A stretch of DNA of 64,000 nucleotides from a virus, in IMG/VR virus record IMGVR_UViG_3300014137_000003; one strand, written 5' to 3'. The translations under genes were made by a program, and so were the position numbers. The stretch's first letter is position 1, and the number at the start of each line of letters is the position of its first letter. A model generated the notes under the pieces. It did no database searches. It was not told the origin of the DNA and saw only the letters and a program-made list of their open reading frames with translations. Shown in pieces: positions 20,201 to 29,569 of this stretch.

Positions 20201-20947
20201 GACGGTTACGAAGAATTACAGAAGTGCGGTGTCCATTTAGATAAACACACTGAAAAATTCTCTGAGTTCTTTGATGATATTAATATCAGTCTTGGTGATA
20301 AGGACGAGTTAGAAGGATTTAATATCCCAGTATATAAGAACATCTTATCAGAAACTTTCAATGACATGGATAAGATTAAAGAAGCTATCTCCAATGTTAT
20401 TACTGTTTGTGAGGAGGTGCTATCTGAGGAATTCTTACCACACCTTAAAACTACTGAAGTAGAGTTAGGGGGTATCAAGGAAAACTTGGTTGCTTTCGGT
20501 AAGGCTTTTGGTTGTGAGGATTTAGTAGAAAAAGCTAACTTGCAGGAACCTCATTCGGTAGAAGTAGAGGAGAAAGCAGTAGAAGAGACATATGAACCTC
20601 AACTTGATGATGTGCCAAAAGAAGAGTTGATGAAAGAGTACTTAGACGGATTTGGTTACTATCGTGACTATGATGAGCGTACTCTTTACTTCGATGGTAC
20701 TAATGATGCCTTGTTGAACTATATGGTAGGGTATCTTCAAAAGAATGGAGTTCTTGCTAAACGTGATGGTGATGCTTATGTAAAAGCTAAGAATAGCTTT
20801 GAGTCAGGTTCTGCTGAGTACACTCTAGTTAAGTTCGTAATTACAAAAGATGGGGGCTTACATAAAGCTAGTTTGTATCTTCCATCAACTCAAGCTAGTC
20901 GTTCTTGTACGATGTGTCTTAAGGTTAAGCGGCAAATTGGGGCTTAG
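17288..20947 (+). CDS. family A DNA polymerase with 3'-5' exonuclease domain and ~300-aa C-terminal extension
   Basis: VAFDTETTGL (Exo I), HNGSFDAKV (Exo II), YACPDTDS (Exo III), DYSSVEIRIM (motif A), RGAAKGVNFGIVYGMG (motif B), VHDEIV (motif C). Confidence 0.9.
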   Translation: MLKGYYLSPDGHKVNLVGYDFDSYITLIASCSSIKDKRFLDRGVALKDGTEYYPWEELYVQVNTGDIKVDDLRVEGEKTNFNAEAFTRIGSIIRGMKSICIPQREEDFYNINNMESFGSKSVYTYNYFGQEITLVENQIDKLSYSNGDEMLILEDVYSEPVPMSKNTSTQRKYGLDLTEFSRTDDLSVDGMDFFLSKNIGSDDVYSLAEIVERNPDKSYAWLKDRFYHIVNDLELWKKISKRIWKHPDVVAFDTETTGLNITFKSITGQGDQLVGLVFSIESTASEKEKIKLKNLFGDPLYGDSWYIPIKHKNIKNIVPQQEVNKFIEVYVKPLLEKKEIVCHNGSFDAKVMFIYGVKINLVHDTLIQLRLSYGAENTLMKLGLKPNAKRFLGRDSFELSDFVEGKWGSGDVTFADLPYESVKYYACPDTDSTLALHKLAVKENWFDKWGMRRVYELEVDFTLVIAYQEFFGHHVAVSKIAKLRKQLQEDATKYSNKIFEIAGYSLNLRSPAQLKKLFFEELGMPILEYTNSGAPSTSKDAMKKYLSYKDENGKLMYPIADYLLKYRDAAKLLSDFIKNIDTISTPDGFMFPGVKQFLETGRLSVSNPNYQSYNDTVKKYIAPRKGYYMMDSDYSSVEIRIMMSMAQEKPMIEYLFDPDSDYHTLKASQMFSIPYELVSKKQRGAAKGVNFGIVYGMGDASLGENVTGKRSAESTRYGGQLRKLYFKGMDVTEDFIAKNLEKAVENRYAETFFGRRRYFPPTMRIGSVKRQGGNHPIQGTAADLYKQAMVNLYNAIIDKGWWGKFLLPCFVHDEIVMEAHNSINPAHALKLVQDSLMLDIEGWCPLYIGFGYGSHWYNAKKTEVPVQLQQEFVDKYGESGFPFWDGNIHNLYAWEVKEIYNYWVNRIKDYMKDPKNTGTVISPVISGFLFEVMPYVSSLGKLKQKAEELLKFATFLKDEPDLTEEELTLLVDGYEELQKCGVHLDKHTEKFSEFFDDINISLGDKDELEGFNIPVYKNILSETFNDMDKIKEAISNVITVCEEVLSEEFLPHLKTTEVELGGIKENLVAFGKAFGCEDLVEKANLQEPHSVEVEEKAVEETYEPQLDDVPKEELMKEYLDGFGYYRDYDERTLYFDGTNDALLNYMVGYLQKNGVLAKRDGDAYVKAKNSFESGSAEYTLVKFVITKDGGLHKASLYLPSTQASRSCTMCLKVKRQIGA

Positions 20948-20972
20948 TCCTCTAAGTAGAAAGGGGTATTAA

Positions 20973-21452
20973 ATGGAAGATTTAGAATTAGAAGAGTTCT
21001 TTGAAGATTTCCCAGAAGACTTAGAAGAGCCTGAAGAGGTAGACAAAAAAGACGATTCTTTACCTAGCTTGGAGGACTCTAGTGGGGAGGTTATCCCCCA
21101 AGAACCTAAAGAAGTAGTAGAAGAGGTACAAGAAGAACCTAAAACAGTTGATAAGGGTGTTGAGCGGTATAGTTCCACTACTGTAAGTTATCCTTGTTTT
21201 ATTCTAGATTCTAAGACGGAGTTTCCTAAGCATGTTATTTCTGCTTTGTCACGTATGATTGAGTCTTCCTTAAGTTTAGATAACTTGATTAAGGTCTATA
21301 TCGACAATGAAGGAGAGTTGCTCTCTTTAGGGGGTATCAGTTCTGTACAGGTTAAGGCAACTATTGACTTACTTGGTCGTGATGCTATTACAGCCTATTT
21401 TGAAGAGGGGTATCTTCTTAAAGAAGATCTAATTTACACTTTGAGTAGTTAG
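20973..21452 (+). CDS. acidic hypothetical protein
   Basis: ORF track; GGGGTAT 4 nt upstream of ATG. Confidence 0.55.
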   Translation: MEDLELEEFFEDFPEDLEEPEEVDKKDDSLPSLEDSSGEVIPQEPKEVVEEVQEEPKTVDKGVERYSSTTVSYPCFILDSKTEFPKHVISALSRMIESSLSLDNLIKVYIDNEGELLSLGGISSVQVKATIDLLGRDAITAYFEEGYLLKEDLIYTLSS

Positions 21453-21493
21453 TAGTTTTCTCTTGTAACTAGTTTGATTTTTTCTTAAGGACT

Positions 21494-21502
21494 TGGTATA
21501 AT
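21494..21502 (+). promoter_or_regulatory. TG-extended -10 promoter
   Basis: TGgTATAAT then AGTAT. Confidence 0.5.
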
Positions 21503-21535
21503 AGTATTATCAAAAATGAAAGTTGGTACTATGTT

Positions 21536-21943
21536 ATGGCACTTACTGCAAAAGAGTTACTGATTGATTTACTTGGAAGAGATTACTTTTACCGTGAAGA
21601 GTTGGAAGGTGATTTTGTCTTAGTCACTAAGAAAGAAGAAGTAGAGAAAATCACTAATATGTTAGCATCTAACATTGAAGATATTACATATCTTAGTGAG
21701 TTTCACACGATTGCAGGCTACATTCATACTAAAGGTCATTATTTTGAGTTCCTGCATTTTAATGAGCCAGGCAATAGTGCTAGTGGGTATATCATTTATG
21801 ATTATGTTTTGAAAGACGGAGTTTGGGTAGAAAAAGTGAAACACCACTGGTCTTCTCAATATGAGTTAGATTATGGAAGAGAAGTAATTCTTAAAGCCAA
21901 GTTAATCGAAGAGGTATTCAAACTGCCTTGTTTCGTAGAGTAG
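21536..21943 (+). CDS. hypothetical protein, paralog of 22047-22397
   Basis: Own promoter and terminator; N-termini align (AKELLIDLLGRD / TRDILVKLIGGED). Confidence 0.55.
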   Translation: MALTAKELLIDLLGRDYFYREELEGDFVLVTKKEEVEKITNMLASNIEDITYLSEFHTIAGYIHTKGHYFEFLHFNEPGNSASGYIIYDYVLKDGVWVEKVKHHWSSQYELDYGREVILKAKLIEEVFKLPCFVE

Positions 21944-21949
21944 TATACT

Positions 21950-21980
21950 AGGTGGGTTAAGCTCCCACCTTTTATTTTTA
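21950..21980 (+). terminator. rho-independent terminator
   Basis: AGGTGGG/CCCACCT stem then TTTTATTTTT. Confidence 0.65.
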
Positions 21981-22007
21981 ATCCGTGTTGCTTTCTTCCT
22001 ATAAGTT

Positions 22008-22016
22008 TGTTATAAT
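22008..22016 (+). promoter_or_regulatory. TG-extended -10 promoter
   Basis: TGtTATAAT then GGTAGTAT. Confidence 0.5.
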
Positions 22017-22046
22017 GGTAGTATCAAAAATAAAGGTGGTAGTGAA

Positions 22047-22397
22047 ATGAACAACTTATCTACTCGTGATATCTTAGTTAAACTTATTGGGGGAGAAGAT
22101 CTCCTAAAGGATAATGAAAAGGATTTTGAACTAGTTAAATCTGCAGACGGATTGGATGCGTATGATCTAGGTGAAGAATTTAATATCAATGAAGTAGTTG
22201 GGTATATTAAATCTTCTGAACGTTTATTCATTATTAGTAAATGTGCTGATGATAGTATTTACTATGCAGGGGGCTGGTACGAAGTTAAGCCAGGTGACTG
22301 GATGGAGTTAGAAGCTTATGAATATTCTACTCGCTATATTGACGAAGCTGAAGTCTTGGGGGAGTGCGTTAAGTTGCTCAAAGATTTGTTCGAATAA
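22047..22397 (+). CDS. hypothetical protein, paralog of 21536-21943
   Basis: Own promoter and terminator; similar 5' UTR. Confidence 0.55.
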   Translation: MNNLSTRDILVKLIGGEDLLKDNEKDFELVKSADGLDAYDLGEEFNINEVVGYIKSSERLFIISKCADDSIYYAGGWYEVKPGDWMELEAYEYSTRYIDEAEVLGECVKLLKDLFE

Positions 22398-22405
22398 GTC
22401 GTAGG

Positions 22406-22430
22406 GGGTATCTTTGGGATACCCTTTCTT
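22406..22430 (+). terminator. rho-independent terminator
   Basis: GGGTATC/GATACCC stem then TTTCTT. Confidence 0.5.
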
Positions 22431-22459
22431 AGTATAAATTTGATTTTAAGAGGTTAATT

Positions 22460-22948
22460 ATGGAGAAGTACGATATTGTAATGGTTTTCCCAGCCATGGG
22501 AAAGACTGTGGTATCTGAGGAGGACTCTAGGTTTGTAGATTGTGACACTTTTAAGTATCACTATCGAATTCCTAATAAACTTTCTCATTTACCTATCGAT
22601 AAGTTAAAGGGTTCGGATAGTCTTATCCCAATCAATCATTGGGAAGATACATTTATTGAATCTTTAGAACATTGTAGTGGCGTTCCTTTGGTAAACACTA
22701 ATATTCTAATCTACAATAAATTGGTAGAACTTGGTAAGCGTGTATTAGTAGTATTACCATTAAAGAAAGACTTTGATTTGGTTATGCAGCGAATTAGGGA
22801 CCGAGGTGGAATTGACTATGACGATTCTTGGGTTTCTTGGTTCGAAAATTTATATTCGGAGTTTGGAAGAGCTAATGTTATAGAATACATTGGAGCTAAT
22901 GAGTTAAGTGAAAGGTTAAAAAGGTGGAAAGATTATGGCTACTTATAG
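22460..22948 (+). CDS. P-loop NTPase/kinase-like protein
   Basis: VMVFPAMGKT Walker-A-like motif at the N-terminus; small size. Confidence 0.35.
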   Translation: MEKYDIVMVFPAMGKTVVSEEDSRFVDCDTFKYHYRIPNKLSHLPIDKLKGSDSLIPINHWEDTFIESLEHCSGVPLVNTNILIYNKLVELGKRVLVVLPLKKDFDLVMQRIRDRGGIDYDDSWVSWFENLYSEFGRANVIEYIGANELSERLKRWKDYGYL

Positions 22949-23912
22949 TCTATTGAACAAAGAAGAGGTTGTAAAGTTACCTGACAAGAAAGTAGTACAG
23001 GGTATTGCTATCATTCAATCATATAATTCTGCTGAGGCAAAGAATGGTAGTTCTTACTTTAACGGGGTATTGAAGGCTCAAGGAGCTCTAGACTTTAAGG
23101 TTTGGGGTGGTAGTCTTTATGATCAGTTAGATGCGGAAGATTACAAGGGTACTCCAGTACTTGTAACTGGTGAAGTCAATGTTTGGAATGGCACTACCTC
23201 TCTTATTTTGACAAGTGTTATTGCCGTAGATCCTGAGGAGCTTGGTGTAGATATTACTTTGTTAGACCCTACCAAGTATGACATTTCTGCTAATGAAAAA
23301 GAATTTTATCGAACTCTAAAGGAAGAGTTGTCTGAAGAAGCCTTTGAACTCTTTAAGAAGATTTATGACAAAATTCGTCCAGCTTTTCGTCAGGAGTATG
23401 CAGCGGTAACTATTCACGATGCAAGTCGTGGTGGTTTGTTGGCTCATACACTTAAGATGTTGCGTATCTTGAAAACAACTTGGGGTAACTACCCTAACAT
23501 GCAGGAGCATGTTAATAAAGACATTGTATTCTTGGGGTTAGCAATTCATGATATGGGTAAAATCTTGGAGTACAATAATGGTACTCGAACTGATATTGCT
23601 TTTGCAACCCATAACTTCCTTGGTCAAGAAATCTTGTTTGAATTTAAAGATGATATCATCAACGGTTTTGATTATACATTTAAACCTATGAATGACATTA
23701 AGCACTTTGAAGGTTTTGGGGTAGATTTCTATTATCGTTTGCAGGCAGTTATTCAGCAACACCATGGTGAGTTTGGTGAGCCTTGTCATACTATTGAGTC
23801 TTATATTGTGCACATGGTTGATTTGTATGAATCTCGTATGCAGATGTTGGAAGAGAAGCTACCATTTACAGGCAGCTTGAATGTAGAGTTCGGTAAGTAC
23901 CGAGTGGAGTAG
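22935..23912 (+). CDS. YhaM-like 3'-5' exonuclease (OB fold + HD domain)
   Basis: OB-like N-terminus; GGLLAHTLKM, LAIHDMGK, QQHHGE HD-domain ligands; size as YhaM. Confidence 0.6.
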   Translation: MATYSLLNKEEVVKLPDKKVVQGIAIIQSYNSAEAKNGSSYFNGVLKAQGALDFKVWGGSLYDQLDAEDYKGTPVLVTGEVNVWNGTTSLILTSVIAVDPEELGVDITLLDPTKYDISANEKEFYRTLKEELSEEAFELFKKIYDKIRPAFRQEYAAVTIHDASRGGLLAHTLKMLRILKTTWGNYPNMQEHVNKDIVFLGLAIHDMGKILEYNNGTRTDIAFATHNFLGQEILFEFKDDIINGFDYTFKPMNDIKHFEGFGVDFYYRLQAVIQQHHGEFGEPCHTIESYIVHMVDLYESRMQMLEEKLPFTGSLNVEFGKYRVE

Positions 23913-23916
23913 TGTT

Positions 23917-24288
23917 ATGTACTTAGGTAGAAGTGATTTAAAACTAGGGGTTTTGCCCGAAGAACTTCTTAAAGAAGCTGTTTCTCAAGGATATTCCTAT
24001 GTAGTGGGTGATTACTCTCTAATTTTAGAAGCTGAAGGTAGAAAGGTGATTATTCAATCTTCCGGTGTCCTTGTAGAAGAAAAATATTATTGGCGTCAAC
24101 TAGATTATCCTTATTCTTATATGACTCAAGAGTTATCTAAAGAAACACTAAAAACTTTACATGGTAATTACCATGTAGGTAAAAGGTTAATTAAGCCTAC
24201 TAATTGGGAACAATCTTTTGCGGAAAGGGTGATTGATTATTTCGTTTCTCCTTCATGGGTTGTTCTGAGTTCCCTAGATACTGAATAG
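23917..24288 (+). CDS. hypothetical protein
   Basis: ORF track; followed by a terminator. Confidence 0.55.
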   Translation: MYLGRSDLKLGVLPEELLKEAVSQGYSYVVGDYSLILEAEGRKVIIQSSGVLVEEKYYWRQLDYPYSYMTQELSKETLKTLHGNYHVGKRLIKPTNWEQSFAERVIDYFVSPSWVVLSSLDTE

Positions 24289-24315
24289 CAGACTTTAATC
24301 AGTTTGCTATTTTTT
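24287..24315 (+). terminator. rho-independent terminator
   Basis: AGCAGACT/AGTTTGCT stem (one G.U) then ATTTTTT. Confidence 0.55.
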
Positions 24316-24323
24316 CTTTAATT

Positions 24324-24332
24324 TGGTAAAAT
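24324..24332 (+). promoter_or_regulatory. TG-extended -10 promoter
   Basis: TGgTAAAAT just after a terminator. Confidence 0.5.
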
Positions 24333-24363
24333 ATTATAAAATACATGAATTAGGAGATATTCT

Positions 24364-26898
24364 ATGAAAGTTGCAGACATTGTAAGAGAAATAGATAAAC
24401 GGGAAGCTCTAGAAAACTGTATCCTACACGGCAAGGTTAGGGGTATTATCAGCTCCCCTAATGGTTTTGAGGGGTTATCTCCTTCTAGTGGAGATTGGGC
24501 AGTTTTAGAACTTTATGCTATCACTGTAAAAGGTGAGAATTACTTTGGTTTTGGGGAAACAACCTTTTTGACTCCAAGGTCAACAATTCTTTTTGTACTT
24601 GAAGATAAGTCTTTTATTGGCAAGTTAGTAACTGTCTCAGGAAAACGTGGTAGAGGTATTAAACTTAGACGTCAAAAAATGCAGAACAATCGTTTAGGTT
24701 ATTTTGTTCCAGTGTTCGCTAAAGGAAGAGATTTATGGAAACTTGAACCTAATACCGTAACTCCATTTAAAGGTACCACATCTAAAGAAATCGACTTACT
24801 CTTTAAGGAGTACGAAAAGTTTGAGCCTTATTATCTAACTATGACTAAGTCTGTTGTAGGTTTTGATGGAACTGACTTCTATAGCTACATTGAAGATGAT
24901 AATAAAGTAAGTAGAGGTTCTTTGTCTTATATTACAGATTTCACTCAAAGGGTAAATCGTGAGAAAGAGGAAGAACTCAGTTCCTTGTTGAGTAAAGCGA
25001 AAGGTGAAAGGGATTTTTTCCTTTCAAATGTATTAGATAGCAATCCTTTGTCTGAAAGCATTAAAAATGACTTCGTAAAGTCCTTTAACAACTTAAGAAA
25101 AGTATCTAGTAGGTTAATCCCAGAAACGACTTCTAGGTTTAAGGATGTTGTCTCTAAAAAGGTCAAAACTTATTCTGAGGCTTTATCCTTATTGATAGGG
25201 GTAGATTCTTTAAAACACTTAGAGTCAGACATTTTGCTTGAAGACCCCTTTTACTATTATCTATCTAAGGAGTTAGATTTTGACACTTGTGAGATGTTGT
25301 TCTTTATTTCATCTCTTATTAGGGGTGAAGATTTTACGGCTCCACCTAAGTTGAGGGGTATCTCAGTATTAGTTGAAGGGGCTAGACGTGTCTATAAGAG
25401 ACGTGGTCATTCTATGTTGTTGAATACTTTATCTTCTCCATTAACTTGTAAGGTTAGTGATACTATGATTTCTCGGTATAAGAGTTCTCAAAGTCCTTTG
25501 AATAGCAAGTCCTTGAACGTACTAAAATACATGGGGTATCTTAAATACTCAAATTACAGGTCTTTGTACACTGACGGCATGTATTACTCTTTAGGTAAAG
25601 AGGTTGATTATCTCTCTTCAGCAGTATCTTCAGGTTTTGTTGTAAATCCTAAGAAGTCTTACTATTCTGTATATGACTTGGCAGAGTTGGAGTTAAACTT
25701 AGTGAAATTGGCTAGTAATTTTGCTAGTGTTGAGTTTGATTACGAGATGTGGGATATCCAACCCCATATCGACTTGGTATCTGAGAACTCTAAACGTCCT
25801 TTCAATACTGATATGCTTAGGTCAATGATTAATTTGAATACGGGTTTTGGACTCTTTTTAGGTACTAATCACAGTAGGCTCGACGAGGTAAAAGAAGTAA
25901 TTTTACGTTCTTGTAGAGCTAAGGGGTATCTAAGCAAACTCTTAGTTGTGGATAGCTCATTCAAACCAAGTACGTGGTATAAGGGGTATGAGGGAGTTTA
26001 CTTTCAACACATTAACCACGTAGCTTATAACGTAGAGCAAGGTAACTCATGGGAAGAGCCTAGTTTGGTATTTGTAAATAATGCACATACTATGTCTTTA
26101 CAAGAGTTAATTTCTATTTTAGAGTACGTTCCTACTGGTTCGGCAGTATATTTATTTGGTAGTCCTTGGAGTGGTGTAGGGGTACTCAGCTCTTTGGCTA
26201 GTAGGTATTCCTCTGCTATTGTATTACCAGAAGCTGGTGGTTCTGCTTTAGAGTCTACCCTAGCAACCGTAAGTAGTGGCTTAACATTTTCTATTGGTAA
26301 AAACCTGAAATTGAGTAGTGTTCCCTCTGCTAATACTCTGTTTTCTATTCGTGATGTTCTTAAAAGGACTTTTCAAGCGGGTATTCCTAAGAAGGACGTA
26401 CGAGTTATTAGTGACCTTGAGAAATCTATGTCTTGGAAGTCTTTGGGTGAGCGATTGTTAAGTGACTTCACTTCGGTAGAGGATATGTCTGAAATTGAGT
26501 CTGGAACTCTTGTGTTTTCTGAGGGAGTTACTTATGACTTATTTTATAAGGGTTCGTTTATTGGTAGTTGGTCTAGTGCTTTCTTAGGAACTTTAGAAAC
26601 TTATGACGGAGATTATGCAACTGTTAAATTAGGTAATGGTGACTATAGTCTTAGAATTGTTAAAGACGGCTTGAGCCTCGGTTATTGCCTACCGTCTCAT
26701 GTTGCTGAGTTATACCCAGTTCGTGTATCATTTGTAGTTTGTCAACGTAATCGTGGTCAGATTAGTCGAGAGTCTGTTGTACGTTCTATTAATGCCTCTC
26801 AAGGGGTATCTTTTATTGGGGATACATCTCTTGTTGTTGGTGCTTACAGTAGTCGAACTTCTCTACCAGTGACTTTAATTGAAAAGGTTCTAAAATGA
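24364..26898 (+). CDS. RecD/Dda-like SF1 helicase-related protein with degenerate ATPase motifs
   Basis: VRSINASQGVSF resembles SF1 motif VI (T.HKSQGSEF); VFVNNAHTM sits where Walker B DExxM would be; no GxGKT/S seen. Confidence 0.3.
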   Translation: MKVADIVREIDKREALENCILHGKVRGIISSPNGFEGLSPSSGDWAVLELYAITVKGENYFGFGETTFLTPRSTILFVLEDKSFIGKLVTVSGKRGRGIKLRRQKMQNNRLGYFVPVFAKGRDLWKLEPNTVTPFKGTTSKEIDLLFKEYEKFEPYYLTMTKSVVGFDGTDFYSYIEDDNKVSRGSLSYITDFTQRVNREKEEELSSLLSKAKGERDFFLSNVLDSNPLSESIKNDFVKSFNNLRKVSSRLIPETTSRFKDVVSKKVKTYSEALSLLIGVDSLKHLESDILLEDPFYYYLSKELDFDTCEMLFFISSLIRGEDFTAPPKLRGISVLVEGARRVYKRRGHSMLLNTLSSPLTCKVSDTMISRYKSSQSPLNSKSLNVLKYMGYLKYSNYRSLYTDGMYYSLGKEVDYLSSAVSSGFVVNPKKSYYSVYDLAELELNLVKLASNFASVEFDYEMWDIQPHIDLVSENSKRPFNTDMLRSMINLNTGFGLFLGTNHSRLDEVKEVILRSCRAKGYLSKLLVVDSSFKPSTWYKGYEGVYFQHINHVAYNVEQGNSWEEPSLVFVNNAHTMSLQELISILEYVPTGSAVYLFGSPWSGVGVLSSLASRYSSAIVLPEAGGSALESTLATVSSGLTFSIGKNLKLSSVPSANTLFSIRDVLKRTFQAGIPKKDVRVISDLEKSMSWKSLGERLLSDFTSVEDMSEIESGTLVFSEGVTYDLFYKGSFIGSWSSAFLGTLETYDGDYATVKLGNGDYSLRIVKDGLSLGYCLPSHVAELYPVRVSFVVCQRNRGQISRESVVRSINASQGVSFIGDTSLVVGAYSSRTSLPVTLIEKVLK

Positions 26899-27329
26899 AT
26901 ATTGTAAATAAATTTCTAACCAAAATAAAGTCCAACTATCACAGACGGATTGCATATCGTAAACTTTATAGTCCTGAGATGTTAGCTAAGATGCCAGACT
27001 CTGAAAAACTCGCTTTAAGGACTAAATATTTAAAGCATTTGGGTTTCTTCAGTACTCTTTTAGTGGTTAGTCTTTTGGCTTTACTTGGGGCTTATCTGCT
27101 TGATAGTCCTAAGGAGGATTTTACTAAAAATATAACTACCTACCGAAAAGAGCAGGATTTCCTAGCTAAGAAGCTAGACGGAATCTATGGTGCGGGTAAT
27201 TGGGAGTATGGTGTCTATCAGACTAATATGGACGCCTTTAGGGTAGAAGTTACGTTATCCGATGGCTCTAAGGTAGAGCATTATTATCAAGTTAAGGGTG
27301 ATAATATTTATCGCCTTAAGTTAAAGTGA
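26895..27329 (+). CDS. membrane protein (one TM)
   Basis: Hydrophobic FFSTLLVVSLLALLGAYLL. Confidence 0.5.
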   Translation: MNIVNKFLTKIKSNYHRRIAYRKLYSPEMLAKMPDSEKLALRTKYLKHLGFFSTLLVVSLLALLGAYLLDSPKEDFTKNITTYRKEQDFLAKKLDGIYGAGNWEYGVYQTNMDAFRVEVTLSDGSKVEHYYQVKGDNIYRLKLK

Positions 27330-27337
27330 GGTACTTA

Positions 27338-27658
27338 ATGAATTATATTTCCCAATTAATTGCCGTCCTTAGAGACGGTAGAACCTTACCTTTATCTCCT
27401 AAGTATCGAACATCATTTTACTATGAGAACGCATACACTGTAAGAGAAAGATTAGGTTGGTATGCACAAACTAAAAATGAGTATGATTTACTTAAAAGTG
27501 TAGTAAGTTATGCTAATTCAGGTAGTTTGGCTACTTTATCCAAACTAAATAACTCATTAAAAAGGTCAGACGTAAGTTCTGTCACAATAGTAGTTAAAGG
27601 TACTAGTCAGATAGTTATCTTAGAAGATTATGATATTCTTCGCTTTGATATCATGTAG
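27338..27658 (+). CDS. hypothetical protein
   Basis: ATG 27338 after AGTGAGG; GTG 27326 alternative. Confidence 0.5.
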   Translation: MNYISQLIAVLRDGRTLPLSPKYRTSFYYENAYTVRERLGWYAQTKNEYDLLKSVVSYANSGSLATLSKLNNSLKRSDVSSVTIVVKGTSQIVILEDYDILRFDIM

Positions 27659-27687
27659 CTAATTGAATTGAAAGGTAGTAAATAAAT

Positions 27688-27945
27688 ATGTCAGTAGTAG
27701 TAATTACAAAGAACCCTGCGGAGGGCGTTTGTCCACAGTGTCGTCAAGTTAAGAAATTTTTAGAGAAAGGTTCAATACCTTTCGAGGAAATCATGTTTGA
27801 TGGAGATAACCCTCAACATGAGGAACTCCTTGATAAGATCGGTGTTCGTACTGTACCTATTATCTTACCACAGGGGGTATCTAACCCTAAGAACTTCTTT
27901 GTTGGGTTTAATGTTAACAAGTTAAGGGAGCTAAAGGAGGCTTAG
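27688..27945 (+). CDS. NrdH/glutaredoxin-like redoxin
   Basis: 85 aa; CPQC near the N-terminus; ..TVPII.. thioredoxin-fold pattern. Confidence 0.65.
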   Translation: MSVVVITKNPAEGVCPQCRQVKKFLEKGSIPFEEIMFDGDNPQHEELLDKIGVRTVPIILPQGVSNPKNFFVGFNVNKLRELKEA

Positions 27946-27946
27946 C

Positions 27947-28444
27947 ATGGCAAAAAGTCTAGACAATATCTCCCAAGTGACTAGGGGTTGCTATGTTGTT
28001 ATGTTCTATACGCTAGGTCAGTCTATTAAAGTTGAATCTTCTTTGGTAGAGGTACTGCAGGTAAGTAGGAAAAACAACTTTATAAAAACTAAGTTAGCGG
28101 TATTCAACCTTAAGAGTGGTGATTTCTTAGAAAGAACTGAATCCCATAACTCCTATGTTCACCCTCATAAGTTGTTTGTAGGTTTTAAACCTAGCACTGT
28201 AGTTGCTAAGGAAGGTTCTTCTGTATCTGTAATCACCTTAACAGTGGGTAGTCCTAGGATGGTATATATTAGGGAAAGAAAGATTACTGGGGTAGCAGCT
28301 AATAACGGTGTAGTATCAGCAATTACTTTGTCTGATGGAAATACTTATGTTCGTAATTCGAGTGGACAGTGGTCTTACTCTTATGTATCTAGTTTTGGGT
28401 TTAAGTGTACTGATATTATAGTTGATAATTTGGTAGTAGGGTAG
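27947..28444 (+). CDS. hypothetical protein
   Basis: ORF track; AAAGGAGG upstream. Confidence 0.55.
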   Translation: MAKSLDNISQVTRGCYVVMFYTLGQSIKVESSLVEVLQVSRKNNFIKTKLAVFNLKSGDFLERTESHNSYVHPHKLFVGFKPSTVVAKEGSSVSVITLTVGSPRMVYIRERKITGVAANNGVVSAITLSDGNTYVRNSSGQWSYSYVSSFGFKCTDIIVDNLVVG

Positions 28445-28458
28445 AAGATGTTAGATTT
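28440..28458 (+). repeat. 19-nt direct repeat, left copy
   Basis: GGTAGAAGATGTTAGATTT, identical to 29570-29588. Confidence 0.8.
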
Positions 28459-28570
28459 AGTAGCTATGCCTACAGAGGAGTTAGTTCTGACTAGTAATGG
28501 TTCTGCTCCAGGAATTAAAATATCGAATAAGGTATTTTCTTGGGTAAAGTATTTAGGTCAAAAGATATAA
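28448..28570 (+). CDS. small ORF (40 aa) whose start duplicates the primase-core start
   Basis: ATG 28448 lies in a 19-nt copy of the 29578 start region (MLDL..); may be a remnant rather than a gene. Confidence 0.25.
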   Translation: MLDLVAMPTEELVLTSNGSAPGIKISNKVFSWVKYLGQKI

Positions 28571-28577
28571 TTAGGTA

Positions 28578-29534
28578 ATGAAAGGAAAACTTATGACAAT
28601 AAAAATAGGAAAAAGTTTGGATGGTTTACTGAGTGCACAAGAGTTTAACTTAGTGTTTCCTCAGGGTAGTGACTTCTTTAAAGGGTTTTTCAAAGTTGTA
28701 ACCTTTGTAGATTCTCTTATTTTGTATGCTAAGCCTTATAAGGGTTGTGCAGGAGAACACAGCATACATTTAAATTGGGGAGATGGTGAGGGTGTTTATT
28801 ACCTTGAGAGGGGTAGTTTAAAACCCGTTTATGGAAATCTTTTTTCAGTAATTCTCGGTGATACGGATTTATCAGGTCTTACCGCAGTTGTAATTAATCT
28901 TAAGTTAGAATTGAATTCTAACTTGTTGGTATCTAAGGTCGGAAACGATATTATTTTAGATAAAGTACCAAGTACTCGAAAAAAGGTAAAAGCGGAGAAA
29001 GCTGATTCGGTAAGTGTTAAATCTCCTATAAAGCCAACAGAAAAAGAAGCTAAATCTCAAAATATGGGGAAGGTTAAATCTAGAATCTCTAAATCTTACG
29101 AAAACTTAGTTGTTCGTTTAAGGTTTGCTAAGGCTCTTAGAGCGGAGGTTGAGGGAAATCTCGGAGATAAGATTACTAATCTTTACGATTCTCAGTCTTT
29201 GAAGGAGTCTATCAAGTTGTTAGCAGCTTCTTATACTGAAGATAAAAAGTTTATTCTTCGTATGCATAGAACTCAGCTCCCTACTGCAAAGGGTGCTGAA
29301 TACACTGATTATTATGGTGTATTCATGAAAGACTCTAAAAAGGCAAAAACTCTAGCTTATGTTTCAGAGGATGGAGCTCATTTTAATGAAAACGTAACTA
29401 GGGAACCTATGCCAGAAGTTCTGAAAGATGGGCTGATGGGTATGTTTGGAATAGTTAAGTACACTGCTCGTTCAGCAAGGGTCACGTTAAATGTCAAGAT
29501 AACTGATTCATCAATCCTTGTTGACATTATGTAG
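28578..29534 (+). CDS. hypothetical protein (318 aa; ATG 28593 alternative)
   Basis: ORF track; sits between 19-nt direct repeats. Confidence 0.55.
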   Translation: MKGKLMTIKIGKSLDGLLSAQEFNLVFPQGSDFFKGFFKVVTFVDSLILYAKPYKGCAGEHSIHLNWGDGEGVYYLERGSLKPVYGNLFSVILGDTDLSGLTAVVINLKLELNSNLLVSKVGNDIILDKVPSTRKKVKAEKADSVSVKSPIKPTEKEAKSQNMGKVKSRISKSYENLVVRLRFAKALRAEVEGNLGDKITNLYDSQSLKESIKLLAASYTEDKKFILRMHRTQLPTAKGAEYTDYYGVFMKDSKKAKTLAYVSEDGAHFNENVTREPMPEVLKDGLMGMFGIVKYTARSARVTLNVKITDSSILVDIM

Positions 29535-29569
29535 CAATCCTTATCAACACTATAAAGTATTTCAAGATA

